64,000 nt of DNA from contig CAWDRG010000005.1 of NCBI GenBank assembly GCA_963804645.1, forward strand, positions 192,001 through 256,000, in the 5' to 3' direction. The notes beneath the pieces are model-generated. The model had not been told where the DNA came from and did not search any database. It saw only the letters and a program-made list of their open reading frames with translations. The stretch comes from an uncultured Bacillota bacterium. GTDB taxonomy: Bacteria > Sysuimicrobiota > Sysuimicrobiia > Sysuimicrobiales > Segetimicrobiaceae. Positions 53,347-63,762 of the stretch are shown here, piece by piece (position 1 is the first letter of the stretch; every line of letters starts with the position of its first letter). The position numbers and the translations under genes were made by a program.

Positions 53347-54249
53347 ATGGCGCACGCACGTGATCCGCTGACCGAAACGATCAACGACCGCACGCGGGAC
53401 TTCGACGCGCTGCCGATGCTGGAGCAGGCCCGTCTGATGAACGAAGAGGACCGGCGCGTCCCTGAGGCGGTCGCGAACGAGCTGCCGCGCGTCGCCGAGG
53501 CGGCCGCGCGGATCGCGGATGCGCTGCGGCGCGGCGGCCGCCTCGTGTACGTCGGGGCGGGCACGAGCGGCCGCGTCGCCGCGCTGGACGCCGCCGAATG
53601 CCCCCCGACGTTTGGGACGCCCCCGGACCTCGTCCAAGCGGTGGTCGCCGGCGGCCCGGGGGCGCTGCTGGAGGCCGTCGAGGGCGCCGAGGACGACGGG
53701 GCAGCCGGCGCGCGTGAGATGGACGCCCGTCAGGTCGGCCCGCGCGATGCGGTGGTCGGGATCGCCGCGAGCGGCGAGACGCCGTTCGTGCTCGGCGCCG
53801 TCCGCCGGGCGCGCGAGCGCGGCGCCGCGACGATCGCCGTCGCGTGCTCTCCCGCGTCGTCGCTCGAGGCCGCGTGCGAGCTTGCGATCACGCCGCTGAC
53901 GGGCCCCGAGGTCATCGCCGGCAGTACGCGCCTCAAAGCCGGCACCGCGCAGAAGCTCGTCCTGAACATGCTGAGCACCCTCGCGATGGTGCGGCTCGGG
54001 AAGGTCTACGGCAACTTGATGGTGGACATGCAGGCGACCAACGAGAAACTGCGCCGCCGCGCGGTCCGCATCGTCGCGGCGGCCGCCCACACCGACGAGG
54101 CCGCGGCCGCCGCGGCGCTCGAACGCGCCGGCGGGCGGGTGCCGGTCGCCATTGTGATGCTCGGGCGAGGCATCGGGCCGGACGAGGCGGCGCGGCGGCT
54201 CGACGCGGCCGGCAGCGTCCGGGGCGCGCTGGGGGAGGCGCCGCGATGA
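53347..54249 (+). CDS. murQ: MurNAc-6-phosphate etherase
   Basis: GAGTSGR, DAAECPPTFG, GSTRLKAGTAQK. Confidence 0.96.
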   Translation: MAHARDPLTETINDRTRDFDALPMLEQARLMNEEDRRVPEAVANELPRVAEAAARIADALRRGGRLVYVGAGTSGRVAALDAAECPPTFGTPPDLVQAVVAGGPGALLEAVEGAEDDGAAGAREMDARQVGPRDAVVGIAASGETPFVLGAVRRARERGAATIAVACSPASSLEAACELAITPLTGPEVIAGSTRLKAGTAQKLVLNMLSTLAMVRLGKVYGNLMVDMQATNEKLRRRAVRIVAAAAHTDEAAAAAALERAGGRVPVAIVMLGRGIGPDEAARRLDAAGSVRGALGEAPR

Positions 54250-55547
54250 CGCTGCGGCGGCGTGCGTCCCCGCGGGCCCGAAGCACCGCGCCGGCGCGGA
54301 CGCGTCGCGCGCCCGGACCGCGCGACGACGGGTGGCTTCGCCTTCGCGCGAAGACGACTAAGCGGATCGTCGGCGTGATCTCCGGCACCTCCGCGGACGG
54401 CATCACCGCCGCGCTCGTCGACATCACGGACACCCCGCGCCGCGGATCCCCGGGGCGGCGCCCGGATCCGTACCGCCCGAGCGTCCGGCTCGTCGCACAC
54501 GTGACCGTCCCCTACCCGGATGAGGTCCGGGCGCGCGTCATCCGCGTGTTCACGGAACCGGCGACCACGCAGGCGATCGCGTCGCTGCACTACCTGCTCG
54601 GCGAGTACTTTGCGGACGCCGCGGCGGCCGCGGTGCGCAAGGCACGGACGCGGATGGCCGACGTCGATCTCATCGCGTCGCACGGCCAAACCGTCGCCCA
54701 CGTCGGCGTCCCCGACCCCACGGATCCCTGGAGCCGGGCATGCACGATGCAGCTCGCCGAGGCCGCGGTCATCGCCGAGCGCACGGGCCGTCCGGTGCTC
54801 TCCGACTTCCGGGCCGCCGACATCGCCGCCGGAGGCCAGGCGGCGCCGTTCGTGCCGTACGCCGACATCGTCCTGTTCGCGGGCCCCGAGGGCCGCATCG
54901 CCCTCAACCTCGGAGGCATCTCGAACATCACCGTGCTACCCGCCGGCGGCCGGCGGAACGACGTCTACGCGTTCGACTGCGGCCCCGCCAACATGGTGAT
55001 CGACGGCCTGATCCGCCACTACTCGGGGGGTGCGGAGACCTACGACCGCGACGGGGCGCGCGCCGCCCGCGGCACCGTGCGCGCGGACCTGCTCCGCGAA
55101 CTGCTCGACGATCCCTTCGTCAACGCGCCGCCGCCGAAGACGGCCGGACACGAGCAGTTCGGGCGGCCGTTCCTTGAGGCGCTCCTCCGGGCGTGGGGAC
55201 ATCTCCCCGCCGACGACCTCGTGGCCACCGCCACAGCGTTTGCCGCGGAGGCGGTGGCGCGCAACATCGCCCGGTTCGTCCTCCCGCGCCACGCGATCGT
55301 GGATCTGGTCGCCGCCGGCGGGGGCGTGCACAACCCTGTCCTGATGGCTCGCCTCGAGCGCGCCATCGCGCCGATCCGTCTGCGGCGCATCGAAGAGTTC
55401 GGCATCCCGGCCGACGCGAAGGAGGCGCTCGCGTTCGCGCTGCTCGGGCACGCGACGGTGATGGGACTGCCGGGCAACCTCCCCCGCGTGACCGGCGCGC
55501 GGCACCCGGCCGTGCTCGGCAAGTGGGCGTGGCCGCCGCCCCGGTGA
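54246..55547 (+). CDS. anmK: Anhydro-MurNAc kinase
   Basis: SGTSADG, SHGQT, GGQAAP, NLGGISN, FDCGPAN, KEALAFA. Confidence 0.94.
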   Translation: MTLRRRASPRARSTAPARTRRAPGPRDDGWLRLRAKTTKRIVGVISGTSADGITAALVDITDTPRRGSPGRRPDPYRPSVRLVAHVTVPYPDEVRARVIRVFTEPATTQAIASLHYLLGEYFADAAAAAVRKARTRMADVDLIASHGQTVAHVGVPDPTDPWSRACTMQLAEAAVIAERTGRPVLSDFRAADIAAGGQAAPFVPYADIVLFAGPEGRIALNLGGISNITVLPAGGRRNDVYAFDCGPANMVIDGLIRHYSGGAETYDRDGARAARGTVRADLLRELLDDPFVNAPPPKTAGHEQFGRPFLEALLRAWGHLPADDLVATATAFAAEAVARNIARFVLPRHAIVDLVAAGGGVHNPVLMARLERAIAPIRLRRIEEFGIPADAKEALAFALLGHATVMGLPGNLPRVTGARHPAVLGKWAWPPPR

Positions 55548-56650
55548 GCACGCCCGGCGCGTTTGGACCGGCGGTCCAGCTGCTCGAGGACGGGGTCGGG
55601 CGCGCCTACCCCGGCGCCGTGCTCGCCGTCCTGTTCCGCGGCGAGATCGTGCTCCGCCGGGCCGTGGGGCTCGCGGCCCGGACGCCGGCTCCCAGACCGG
55701 CGCTCCCCACCACGATCTACGATCTCGCCTCGCTTACGAAGGTCGTGGCCACGACCCCGATGGTCCTGCAGGCGGCGGCGGAGGGGCGGCTCGCCCTCGA
55801 CGACCCTCTGCCGACCTATCTGCCGGAATGCCGCCACGATGGGGTGACGCTCCGACACCTGCTGTCCCACACGTCAGGCCTGCCGGCATGGATCCCCTTT
55901 TATCTCGACGCGCGCGGCCGCGGCGAGATCGTCGCACGGGCGGCCGCGACCCCGCGTGTCCATCCCCCGGGCACGCAGGTCGTGTACAGCGACCTCGGGT
56001 TTATCCTGCTCGGCGAGGTCGCGCGCCGAACGCTCGGCGCCCCACTCGACCGGCTCGCGCGTGACCGAGTGACCGGCCCGCTCGGCATGGTCGATACCGG
56101 CTACCTGCCCTCGCCCGCCCTGCTGGACCGGATCGCACCGACCGAGGACGGGACCGTGATCGAGCAGGAGATGGCCGGCACGGCGGGCGTCCGGCACACG
56201 TGGCGCAAGACGCTGATCTGGGGCGAGGTCCACGACAGCAACGCGCACGCGATGGGCGGGGTCTCCGGCCACGCGGGGCTGTTCGGGACCGCCGACGACC
56301 TGCTCGCCTACGCGCGCATGTGGCTCACCGAGGACCCCCGGGGCGTGGTGCTGACCCCCACGCTCGTGCGCGACGCGATCTCGCCGGCGACGTCCGGCCC
56401 CGCCGCGCGGGGACTGGGCTGGGCGCTCGCGGGCACGCAGGCCTGGTGGGGAGACGACCTCTCCCCGCGCGCGTACGGGCACACCGGCTTCACGGGTACC
56501 GCGATCGTCATCGATCCCGAGCGGGCGCTCGCGATCGTCCTGCTGGCGAACGCGATCCACCTCGGCCGCGACCGTACGGAGATCCTGGCGCTTCGGCCCC
56601 GCATCGCGTCCGCCGTGTCACGCGCGCTGCCGCAGTCCGGCGCGCGCTGA
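55544..56650 (+). CDS. Beta-lactamase-fold serine hydrolase (AmiE-like amidase/esterase)
   Basis: ASLTK, YSD, GHAGLF, GHTGFTG. Confidence 0.88.
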   Translation: MSTPGAFGPAVQLLEDGVGRAYPGAVLAVLFRGEIVLRRAVGLAARTPAPRPALPTTIYDLASLTKVVATTPMVLQAAAEGRLALDDPLPTYLPECRHDGVTLRHLLSHTSGLPAWIPFYLDARGRGEIVARAAATPRVHPPGTQVVYSDLGFILLGEVARRTLGAPLDRLARDRVTGPLGMVDTGYLPSPALLDRIAPTEDGTVIEQEMAGTAGVRHTWRKTLIWGEVHDSNAHAMGGVSGHAGLFGTADDLLAYARMWLTEDPRGVVLTPTLVRDAISPATSGPAARGLGWALAGTQAWWGDDLSPRAYGHTGFTGTAIVIDPERALAIVLLANAIHLGRDRTEILALRPRIASAVSRALPQSGAR

Positions 56651-56846
56651 CGTGCGTTACCTGCACGCACGCTGACGGGGATCGCGGATCCGGAACGGCC
56701 GCTCCCCCGGCCGGGCAGACGCCGCACCACGCCGACGCGAAATACTCCTGCCGCCTGATAGTCGACAGAATCCACGAACCGGTAGCATGGGCCATATGAG
56801 CCACGGCGGGGCACCTCGATCGCTGTTCGCTCGGGAGGTCCGTTCG

Positions 56847-57260
56847 ATGCCGGCCCGCGTCGTCATTACCCCGCGTGCGGCGGCACTGGTCCGCCGCCTG
56901 CAGGAGCAATACGGTCCGCTGATGTTCCATCAGTCCGGCGGGTGCTGCGATGGCAGCGCGCCGATGTGCTTCCGCCGAGATCAGTTCCGCGTCGGCGGCG
57001 GGGATGTGCTGCTCGGCGTCATCGAAGGCTGCCCGTTCTATATCGGCGGGGCGCAGTTCGAGGCCTGGGCGTGCTCGCAGCTGATCATCGACGTCGGATC
57101 GGCCGGGGGTGACAGCTTCTCCCTGGAAGTCCCGGAGGGCGTGCGCTTTGTCACCCGGTCTCGGATTTTGACGGACGCGGAGGTGGCGGAACTCGACGCC
57201 GGGGGCCCTCCTCCACGCGGGCCTGAGGCGCCGCGCGCCGCGCCGGCGCACCCGCGCTGA
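56847..57260 (+). CDS. DUF779 family protein
   Basis: [19 protein letters not shown]. Confidence 0.9.
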   Translation: MPARVVITPRAAALVRRLQEQYGPLMFHQSGGCCDGSAPMCFRRDQFRVGGGDVLLGVIEGCPFYIGGAQFEAWACSQLIIDVGSAGGDSFSLEVPEGVRFVTRSRILTDAEVAELDAGGPPPRGPEAPRAAPAHPR

Positions 57261-57456
57261 ACGACCGGCGTCGACGCGTTCGGCGCACAGCAGCCCAGAC
57301 GCCCGGCGATCGGCCCCCCGCCACAAATACATCCGCCGCCTCATTTCCTGCGGCCGCCGCACCGTGTACCCTAGGGTGGGACGCGAATATCGCCCCTACG
57401 CCGCGCATGGGAAGGAGGAATGCCCTGGCTCGACGGTCCGAAAGGAGGACGCGGTC

Positions 57457-58992
57457 ATGTCGATGCAAACGCTCCCTCGCAATACCCTCGACCCTGCCCG
57501 CGCGCAACTCAAGCTGAAGGCGCGCTACGACAACTTCATCGGCGGCCGATGGACGGCGCCGACCAAGGGACAGTACTTCACCGATACCAGCCCGGTCAAC
57601 GGAACGCCCCTCTGTGAGGTCGCGCGGTCGACCGCCGAGGACGTTGAGCTCGCCCTCGACGCCGCGCACGCCGCCAAGGATGCCTGGGGACGTACCGCCC
57701 CGGCGGTTCGAGCGCAGCTCATGAACACGATCGCCGACCGGATCGACGCGGGGCTCGAGCTCCTCGCGCTCGCCGAGACGATCGATAACGGCAAGCCGAT
57801 CCGGGAGACCCGCGCCGCCGACGTGCCGCTGGCCGCGGATCACTTCCGCTACTTCGCCGGCTGCATCCGTGCGGAGGAAGGTACGCTGGCCGAACTCGAC
57901 AACGACACCGTCGCCTATCACTTCCACGAGCCGCTGGGCGTGGTCGGGCAGATCATCCCGTGGAATTTCCCCCTCCTGATGGCGGCGTGGAAGATGGCCC
58001 CGGCCCTGGTCGCCGGCAACTGCGTGGTGATCAAGCCGGCCTCAGAGACGCCGCTGAGCCTCGCGCTGCTGATGGAAATGATCGGCGATGTGCTGCCCCC
58101 CGGCGTGCTCAATGTCGTGAACGGGTACGGGACGGAGGTCGGCACGCCCCTCGCGTCGAGCCCGCGCATCGCGAAGATCGCGTTCACCGGCGAGACAACG
58201 ACGGGCCGGTTGATCATGCAGTACGCGTCGGAGAACCTGATCCCAATGACACTCGAGCTCGGCGGCAAGTCGCCGAATATCTTCCTGGCCGACGTGATGG
58301 ACGCCGACGATGCGTTCCTCGACAAGGCGTTGGAAGGCTTCGCCTTGTTCGCGTTCAACAAGGGCGAAGTGTGCACGTGCCCGTCGCGCGCCCTGATCCA
58401 GGAGTCGATCTTCGACAAGTTCATGGAGCGCGCCGTCGCCCGGGTCGCCAGGATGACGCAGGGCAACCCCCTCGACCCCACGACCATGGTGGGCGCCCAG
58501 AACTCGAAGGGCCAGCTCGAAAAGATCCTCCATTACATCGATGTCGGGAAGCAGGAAGGTGCCCGCTGCGCGATCGGCGGTGAACGCGCCTATCCCGGCG
58601 GCGATCTCGACACCGGCTACTATGTGAAGCCGACGGTGTTCGTCGGCCACAACAAGATGCGGGTCTTCCAGGAAGAGATCTTCGGCCCAGTCCTCTCGGT
58701 GACGACGTTCAAGACCGTGGACGAAGCGATTGCCATCGGCAACGACACGGTCTACGGATTGGGCGCCGGCGTGTGGTCGCGCGACGGCACCAACGCCTAC
58801 CGCGTCGGGCGGGAGATCAAGGCGGGCCGCGTCTGGACCAACTGCTACCACGTGTATCCGGCCCATGCGGCGTTCGGCGGGTACAAGCAGTCCGGGTTTG
58901 GCCGCGAGACGCACAAGATGATCCTGGACCACTACCAGCAGACCAAGAACCTGCTCGTCAGCTACAGTCCGAAGGCGATGGGGTTCTTCTAA
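57457..58992 (+). CDS. Aldehyde dehydrogenase (AldB/ExaC type)
   Basis: [34 protein letters not shown]. Confidence 0.96.
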   Translation: MSMQTLPRNTLDPARAQLKLKARYDNFIGGRWTAPTKGQYFTDTSPVNGTPLCEVARSTAEDVELALDAAHAAKDAWGRTAPAVRAQLMNTIADRIDAGLELLALAETIDNGKPIRETRAADVPLAADHFRYFAGCIRAEEGTLAELDNDTVAYHFHEPLGVVGQIIPWNFPLLMAAWKMAPALVAGNCVVIKPASETPLSLALLMEMIGDVLPPGVLNVVNGYGTEVGTPLASSPRIAKIAFTGETTTGRLIMQYASENLIPMTLELGGKSPNIFLADVMDADDAFLDKALEGFALFAFNKGEVCTCPSRALIQESIFDKFMERAVARVARMTQGNPLDPTTMVGAQNSKGQLEKILHYIDVGKQEGARCAIGGERAYPGGDLDTGYYVKPTVFVGHNKMRVFQEEIFGPVLSVTTFKTVDEAIAIGNDTVYGLGAGVWSRDGTNAYRVGREIKAGRVWTNCYHVYPAHAAFGGYKQSGFGRETHKMILDHYQQTKNLLVSYSPKAMGFF

Positions 58993-59066
58993 GCTGACGA
59001 TCTTTGCCGGTGCCGCGGGGGAGACGCCTCACGTCCCCGCGGCACCGGCATGTTCCGGCGTGTCCG

Positions 59067-59963
59067 CTACCCGCGAGAGGCGCGGACCGTCTCGTCCGCG
59101 CTCGCCGCCAGGCGACGGTACGCCGCCAGCAAGGCGGCCGTGACCGGCCCCAGCTCTCCGGATCCAATGGTCCGGCCGTCGATCTCCACGACCGGGACGA
59201 GTTCCTGGACCGTGCCGGTCGTAAACACCTCATCCGCGGAATAGAAATCAAACAGAGAAAAGTCACCCTCGCGCGCCTGCCGCCCGCCGGCGCGGGCCAG
59301 CTCGAGCGTGACGCGCCGGGTGATCCCGTGCAGGCACGCGGTCGACCACGGCGTGGCCAGCGCACCGTCCCGGACCAGAAAGATGTTCGACGAATCGGTC
59401 TCGGCGATGAACCCGCGCCGGTCGAGCATCAGCGCGCCGTCCACCCCGGCCCGGTTGGCTTCCAGCTTCGCGAGAATGCTGTTCAGCTGATTCGCGCTGT
59501 GGATCCCAGGATCGAGGACGTCCGGTTCGGGCCGGCGGATCCCCACCGTCCGTAGCCGGATGCCCGAGGGCACCTCCGGCACGGGCTTCCGCTCCGGAAT
59601 GATCACGACCGTTGCGGCGCCGTCCACGTTCCGGGGATCCATGCCGGAGGTGCGCCGCTCGCCGCGGCTGACCATCAGGCGGATGTGCACCCCGTCGCGG
59701 AAGTCGTTGGCCCGCAGCGTCGCGTACACCGCGTCGCCGAGCGCGGCCCGGTCCATCAGGATCGCGATCTCCACGGCCTTCGCAGACCGGTACAGACGAT
59801 CCAGGTGCTCTGCGAGCTTGAACACCACCCCGTGGTAGAGCCGCAGGCCTTCCCAGACGGCATCGCCCGACTGGAACGACGCGTCGAACACCGAGACACA
59901 CGCGCGCGCGCGCGGCACGATGTTCCCGTCGACGTAGACGAGCAGTTCGGCCCCCTGCCCCAC
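59067..59963 (-). CDS. Aminotransferase class IV-fold protein lacking the canonical Lys
   Basis: GDAVWEGLR, HLDRL, DPGIHSANQLN, LHGITR, DEVFTTGT. Confidence 0.88.
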   Translation of the reverse strand: MGQGAELLVYVDGNIVPRARACVSVFDASFQSGDAVWEGLRLYHGVVFKLAEHLDRLYRSAKAVEIAILMDRAALGDAVYATLRANDFRDGVHIRLMVSRGERRTSGMDPRNVDGAATVVIIPERKPVPEVPSGIRLRTVGIRRPEPDVLDPGIHSANQLNSILAKLEANRAGVDGALMLDRRGFIAETDSSNIFLVRDGALATPWSTACLHGITRRVTLELARAGGRQAREGDFSLFDFYSADEVFTTGTVQELVPVVEIDGRTIGSGELGPVTAALLAAYRRLAASADETVRASRG

Positions 59964-60045
59964 CGCCGCACCTCGTGGCGATCGTCCAGCGGATCCCATC
60001 GCGTTCGGCGCTTCCGTCTTGGGGCTCGGACTTCCTCCACCGGCC

Positions 60046-61059
60046 TCACGGTGCCCGGACAAGATCGCCGGCGCCGGCGCGCGCGAGGATCTCATCGACG
60101 GTCACCGCGGCGCCGCGCCGGTCCGCCTCGATCGCCGCCTCGGTCACGGCGACATTGATCAATCCGGTCACGCCGTCGACCTCGGGGTCGCGCCCCTCGC
60201 GGACGCTCCTGGCGAAGTCGTCCAGTTCGTCACGCAGGGTGTCCACGGGATCGAGCCGGACCGGACGGGAGTCGCCCTTCGGGTCGTCGACGACGAGTCC
60301 GCTCTGCTGATCCCACCGGGCGTTGGCCGACGAGCCGAACAGGCGCACGGCACGGGCCAGCGGACTCACGTAGCTCGTCCCGACGACCCCGAGGGCGCCC
60401 GTACCGAACTCCAGCATCGTCACCGTGGTGTCCGGAATCTCGGCCGCGATCACGAGCCGCCGCTGCCACCCGAAGACCCGGCGCACCGGCCCCAGGAGGT
60501 ACTGCAGCGTATCGACCTCGTGCACGGCGAGCAGCGTGAGGGGGCCGCCCGGGGCGGCCGAGGCGCTCCACCGCCACTGATCCGGGCGGAGGCTGAGCCC
60601 GGCGTCCCGGGAGAAGTGGCCCTCGGCCAGCACGACGCGCCCCAGCACGCCGTCATCGAGCAGGCGGCGCATGGCGCGGACATGGGCATCGCGGCGGCTG
60701 TTGTGCCCGACGGCGAGGACCAGCCGGCGCGCGGCCGCGTCCTGGACGAGCACGGCGGCCTCGCGCACGGTGTTGGCCAACGGCTTCTCGATCAGGACAT
60801 GCTTGCCGGCCCCAAGCGCGGCCATCCCAAGCTCGACGTGCAGGGAATTCGGCGCCGCGATGATCACCGCCTCGAGCTCCGGGTGCGCCAAGAACCGCGT
60901 GAGGTCGTCGTACACGGCGTACCCCTCGACCGGAACGATCGGCGGCGGATAGACGGCCGCGATCTCAAGGATCCCAAGCCCGCTCGCCGCGGTCAGGCGC
61001 GCGCGGCCGAATCCGTCCGCGCCAATGAGCCCTGCCCTCAGCGGTCGGAGGTCGCCCAT
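60046..61059 (-). CDS. Gfo/Idh/MocA oxidoreductase
   Basis: GLIGADGFG, GKHVLIEKPLA, LAVHEVD. Confidence 0.9.
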   Translation of the reverse strand: MGDLRPLRAGLIGADGFGRARLTAASGLGILEIAAVYPPPIVPVEGYAVYDDLTRFLAHPELEAVIIAAPNSLHVELGMAALGAGKHVLIEKPLANTVREAAVLVQDAAARRLVLAVGHNSRRDAHVRAMRRLLDDGVLGRVVLAEGHFSRDAGLSLRPDQWRWSASAAPGGPLTLLAVHEVDTLQYLLGPVRRVFGWQRRLVIAAEIPDTTVTMLEFGTGALGVVGTSYVSPLARAVRLFGSSANARWDQQSGLVVDDPKGDSRPVRLDPVDTLRDELDDFARSVREGRDPEVDGVTGLINVAVTEAAIEADRRGAAVTVDEILARAGAGDLVRAP

Positions 61060-63725
61060 CCCTTGACCAAGTCCAGATGGAGACGTTCGATCGGCGACGC
61101 GATGTCCATTGCCGCCGCACCCATCGGCGTGTGGGTGTAGAGATTGTCGTAGTGCGGGAAGGCAGTGGGATCGAACGGCCGCCCGTCGACCACGAGCGGC
61201 CCCGTCCACGCCAGTTCGAGCGCGCGCCCACTCGGGGTGCTCCAGGAGACGCGCCCATCCGCGATCCGCGGGGCATGCGCCCGCATCGTCCGGCAGAACT
61301 GTCCGAACTCGCCGTCGGTGGCGGCCCGCGCCGCCCGGCACGCCCACGCCCGTCCGGGGCCGGCGCTGCGCAGCTCCTGGGCCGTATGCGGTCCCGCCGC
61401 CGTCAGCCGCAGGTCGCCGTCGCCCCACAGCCCCACGTAGCCACGGTGGACCCGGGCGAAGGCCCAGGGTCCGTCGAGGACGTACTCGTCGAACGTCTCG
61501 CTGGGAAAGTAGGCGTGCGTGAATGGCAGCCCGCCGCCGAGTGAGAGATCATAGACGCAGAGCACCGCGTCGTCGGCCATGGTCACGCGCGGCAGCCGGG
61601 CCGAGCCGGCCCAAAAATTGGGCCGCGCGTTCTCGTGCTCCTGGCTGTTGCCGGGATGGGTGGTGAAGACGACCGCGTCGGGACCGAGCGTCGCCTGCCA
61701 CAGATGCTCCTGGATGCCCACGGCGCCCGGCCGCTGGTCGAGGGCCGCTGCGAGCATAAAATCGGGCGTCCGACGAGTCAGCGTGCTCACCTGCCAGTGC
61801 TCGCGCCGCAGGTCGTACTGAGCTCGAAACCGGCCCGCCGAGTGCGCCCGCGTCACGAGGAGCTCGGGGAGATCGGCCCCGATCCACTGCAGGGCGTCGG
61901 GGACGCGGTACCGCCGCGCCAGCGACAACAGCCCGGTCGCGCGGACTTCCGCCCCAAAGCCGCCGAGGCCCCAGGCGATGCGCTGCAGCCCGGAGGTGTT
62001 CTCGGCACGCGCGGTCTTGAGCGACGCCACGTAGGTGCGTCCGTGGCTCGCGCCGTGCACGCCGCGCCACGACTGGCACGCGAGGACGAAGAAGATCTTG
62101 TGGAGCATCGCCGTCGCCATGCGGCGCAGGAGGTCGTTCGCCGCGAACTCCGCGAGGGCGAGCATCGCGTAGGCGTCCAGCGCGAGATACGTGTTGGAAT
62201 CCCATTCGGAGAAGCCGCCCCGCAGCCTCCGCACGATCCATTCGCGAATCCTCGGCTTGGCACGCCGCATCTGCGCGCGGCCGGTCCAGCCGCTGTTGTC
62301 GAAGACGACGTCGGGCCACCGCTGGCCGGCCAGGTAGGCCGCGACGTGAAACAGGATCTGATGATTCTCGGTATGGTAGCACATCCCGTCGACGCCGGGC
62401 TCGTCGATCCAGAACTTGAAGCCGCGGAACGCCGCCTCGATGCGACGATGGTCGGCGGGGCGCAGGGCCGTGGGGTCGGCGAGGCGGTGCAGCAGCGCCA
62501 GCAGGTCGACCGCGTAGAAATCCGCGCAGTCGCAGCGGTGCTCGAGGAACTCGCACGCCAGCCCGACCGCCTCCGGCTCGACGAGGCGCGCACGCCCGAG
62601 TTCCACGGCCGCGAGGGCCCCCACCACCTGCGTCGGCATCAGCGCGGCGTGGGCGAGCCCCTCGCGGCGGCGCGCGTCGTAGGGATCGGCCGCGGGCTCT
62701 GCGGACGCTCGGGCCCCGTCGGCCTGCAGCCAGATCTCGCGTTCGACGCGGAACGGCGTCCCGTCGGACGGACTCAGCCGAAGCCGCCAGCCTTTCTCGA
62801 AGGGAAGGGCGGCGCGGTCGTCCCCGGAGGCACGGCTTGAGAGGCTCGCCGCCTCTCCCGGGGCGACCCGCAGTTGCGCCGACGCAATCGGACGCTCGGG
62901 CTGCCGCATCCCGCGGTCGCCGGGGAACACCGTGTGCGGCGGCGACGGCACCACCTCCGCGAGGACGTCCAGGGGCACCGGCGCCGCGCGGTCGAGCCAG
63001 AACCGCACGGCCCGGTCCGAAAACTCGAACCGCCGCACCGAGAGCCGCGACATCTCCTCCGCCGCGCGCCCCCACCGGGGGGCCGGCACCCCGCCGAGCG
63101 GCAGCCCCGTCAGCACCTGCGCCGGCACGCGCACCCGCAGGCCCAGCGCCAGCCGTGCCTCACGCCATCCGATCATGCGGCCGTGCACCCACAGGTCGTT
63201 CCAGCCGGCCGACAGCGGCAGGACCAGCGGGACGGCCTGGGGCTGGACGTACTCAAATCGGGTGTGCGCGAGAATCCGCACGCCGTTCAGCCACACCTGC
63301 GCCGGGCCGACCGTGAGCAGGTCGCCGGCCGCCTCCTGCGCGGTCTCGGCCACGAGGCCGGCATATGTCCAAGCGTCCATCCGCGTCGGGGAGAAGTTGA
63401 AGAGGCTGAAATCGACGACCTGATCCTCGTCGGTCGCCGCGTAGTCCCATCGCGTCCCCGGGGCCGGCCCCTCTCCGAACAGCGCCGGACGGCCCCCGGG
63501 TCGCCACTCCTCAGGCGGCAGCCATTGGTCGACCTGCACTTTGAGCCCGAGCGAATCGGGCGCGTTGCTAATGGCCCACCGGCCGTCGCGGCCGAACGGC
63601 GATCCGTCCGGCCGAATGACTTCCCGGAGGTTCGTCAGGAAGGTACTCACGGGGCCGGACCGCAGCCAGTGCCGAATCTCTCCCGCCGTGCCGAGGGCGT
63701 AGTGCATCGAGGCGGCCTCGGTCAT
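61038..63725 (-). CDS. Large hypothetical protein (895 aa), possibly carbohydrate-active
   Basis: Clean long ORF; FKFWIDEPG, MCYHTENHQILFH, GFSEWDSNTY, beta-rich C-terminus; sits in a sugar ABC operon. Confidence 0.75.
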   Translation of the reverse strand: MTEAASMHYALGTAGEIRHWLRSGPVSTFLTNLREVIRPDGSPFGRDGRWAISNAPDSLGLKVQVDQWLPPEEWRPGGRPALFGEGPAPGTRWDYAATDEDQVVDFSLFNFSPTRMDAWTYAGLVAETAQEAAGDLLTVGPAQVWLNGVRILAHTRFEYVQPQAVPLVLPLSAGWNDLWVHGRMIGWREARLALGLRVRVPAQVLTGLPLGGVPAPRWGRAAEEMSRLSVRRFEFSDRAVRFWLDRAAPVPLDVLAEVVPSPPHTVFPGDRGMRQPERPIASAQLRVAPGEAASLSSRASGDDRAALPFEKGWRLRLSPSDGTPFRVEREIWLQADGARASAEPAADPYDARRREGLAHAALMPTQVVGALAAVELGRARLVEPEAVGLACEFLEHRCDCADFYAVDLLALLHRLADPTALRPADHRRIEAAFRGFKFWIDEPGVDGMCYHTENHQILFHVAAYLAGQRWPDVVFDNSGWTGRAQMRRAKPRIREWIVRRLRGGFSEWDSNTYLALDAYAMLALAEFAANDLLRRMATAMLHKIFFVLACQSWRGVHGASHGRTYVASLKTARAENTSGLQRIAWGLGGFGAEVRATGLLSLARRYRVPDALQWIGADLPELLVTRAHSAGRFRAQYDLRREHWQVSTLTRRTPDFMLAAALDQRPGAVGIQEHLWQATLGPDAVVFTTHPGNSQEHENARPNFWAGSARLPRVTMADDAVLCVYDLSLGGGLPFTHAYFPSETFDEYVLDGPWAFARVHRGYVGLWGDGDLRLTAAGPHTAQELRSAGPGRAWACRAARAATDGEFGQFCRTMRAHAPRIADGRVSWSTPSGRALELAWTGPLVVDGRPFDPTAFPHYDNLYTHTPMGAAAMDIASPIERLHLDLVKGWATSDR

Positions 63726-63762
63726 GGTGCTCCCATCGCACGCACATCCGGCGCGCGGGGCG

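Noticed and set aside
55544..56650. Beta-lactam resistance gene
   Set aside because: No signal peptide, and context with murQ and anmK points to cell-wall recycling.
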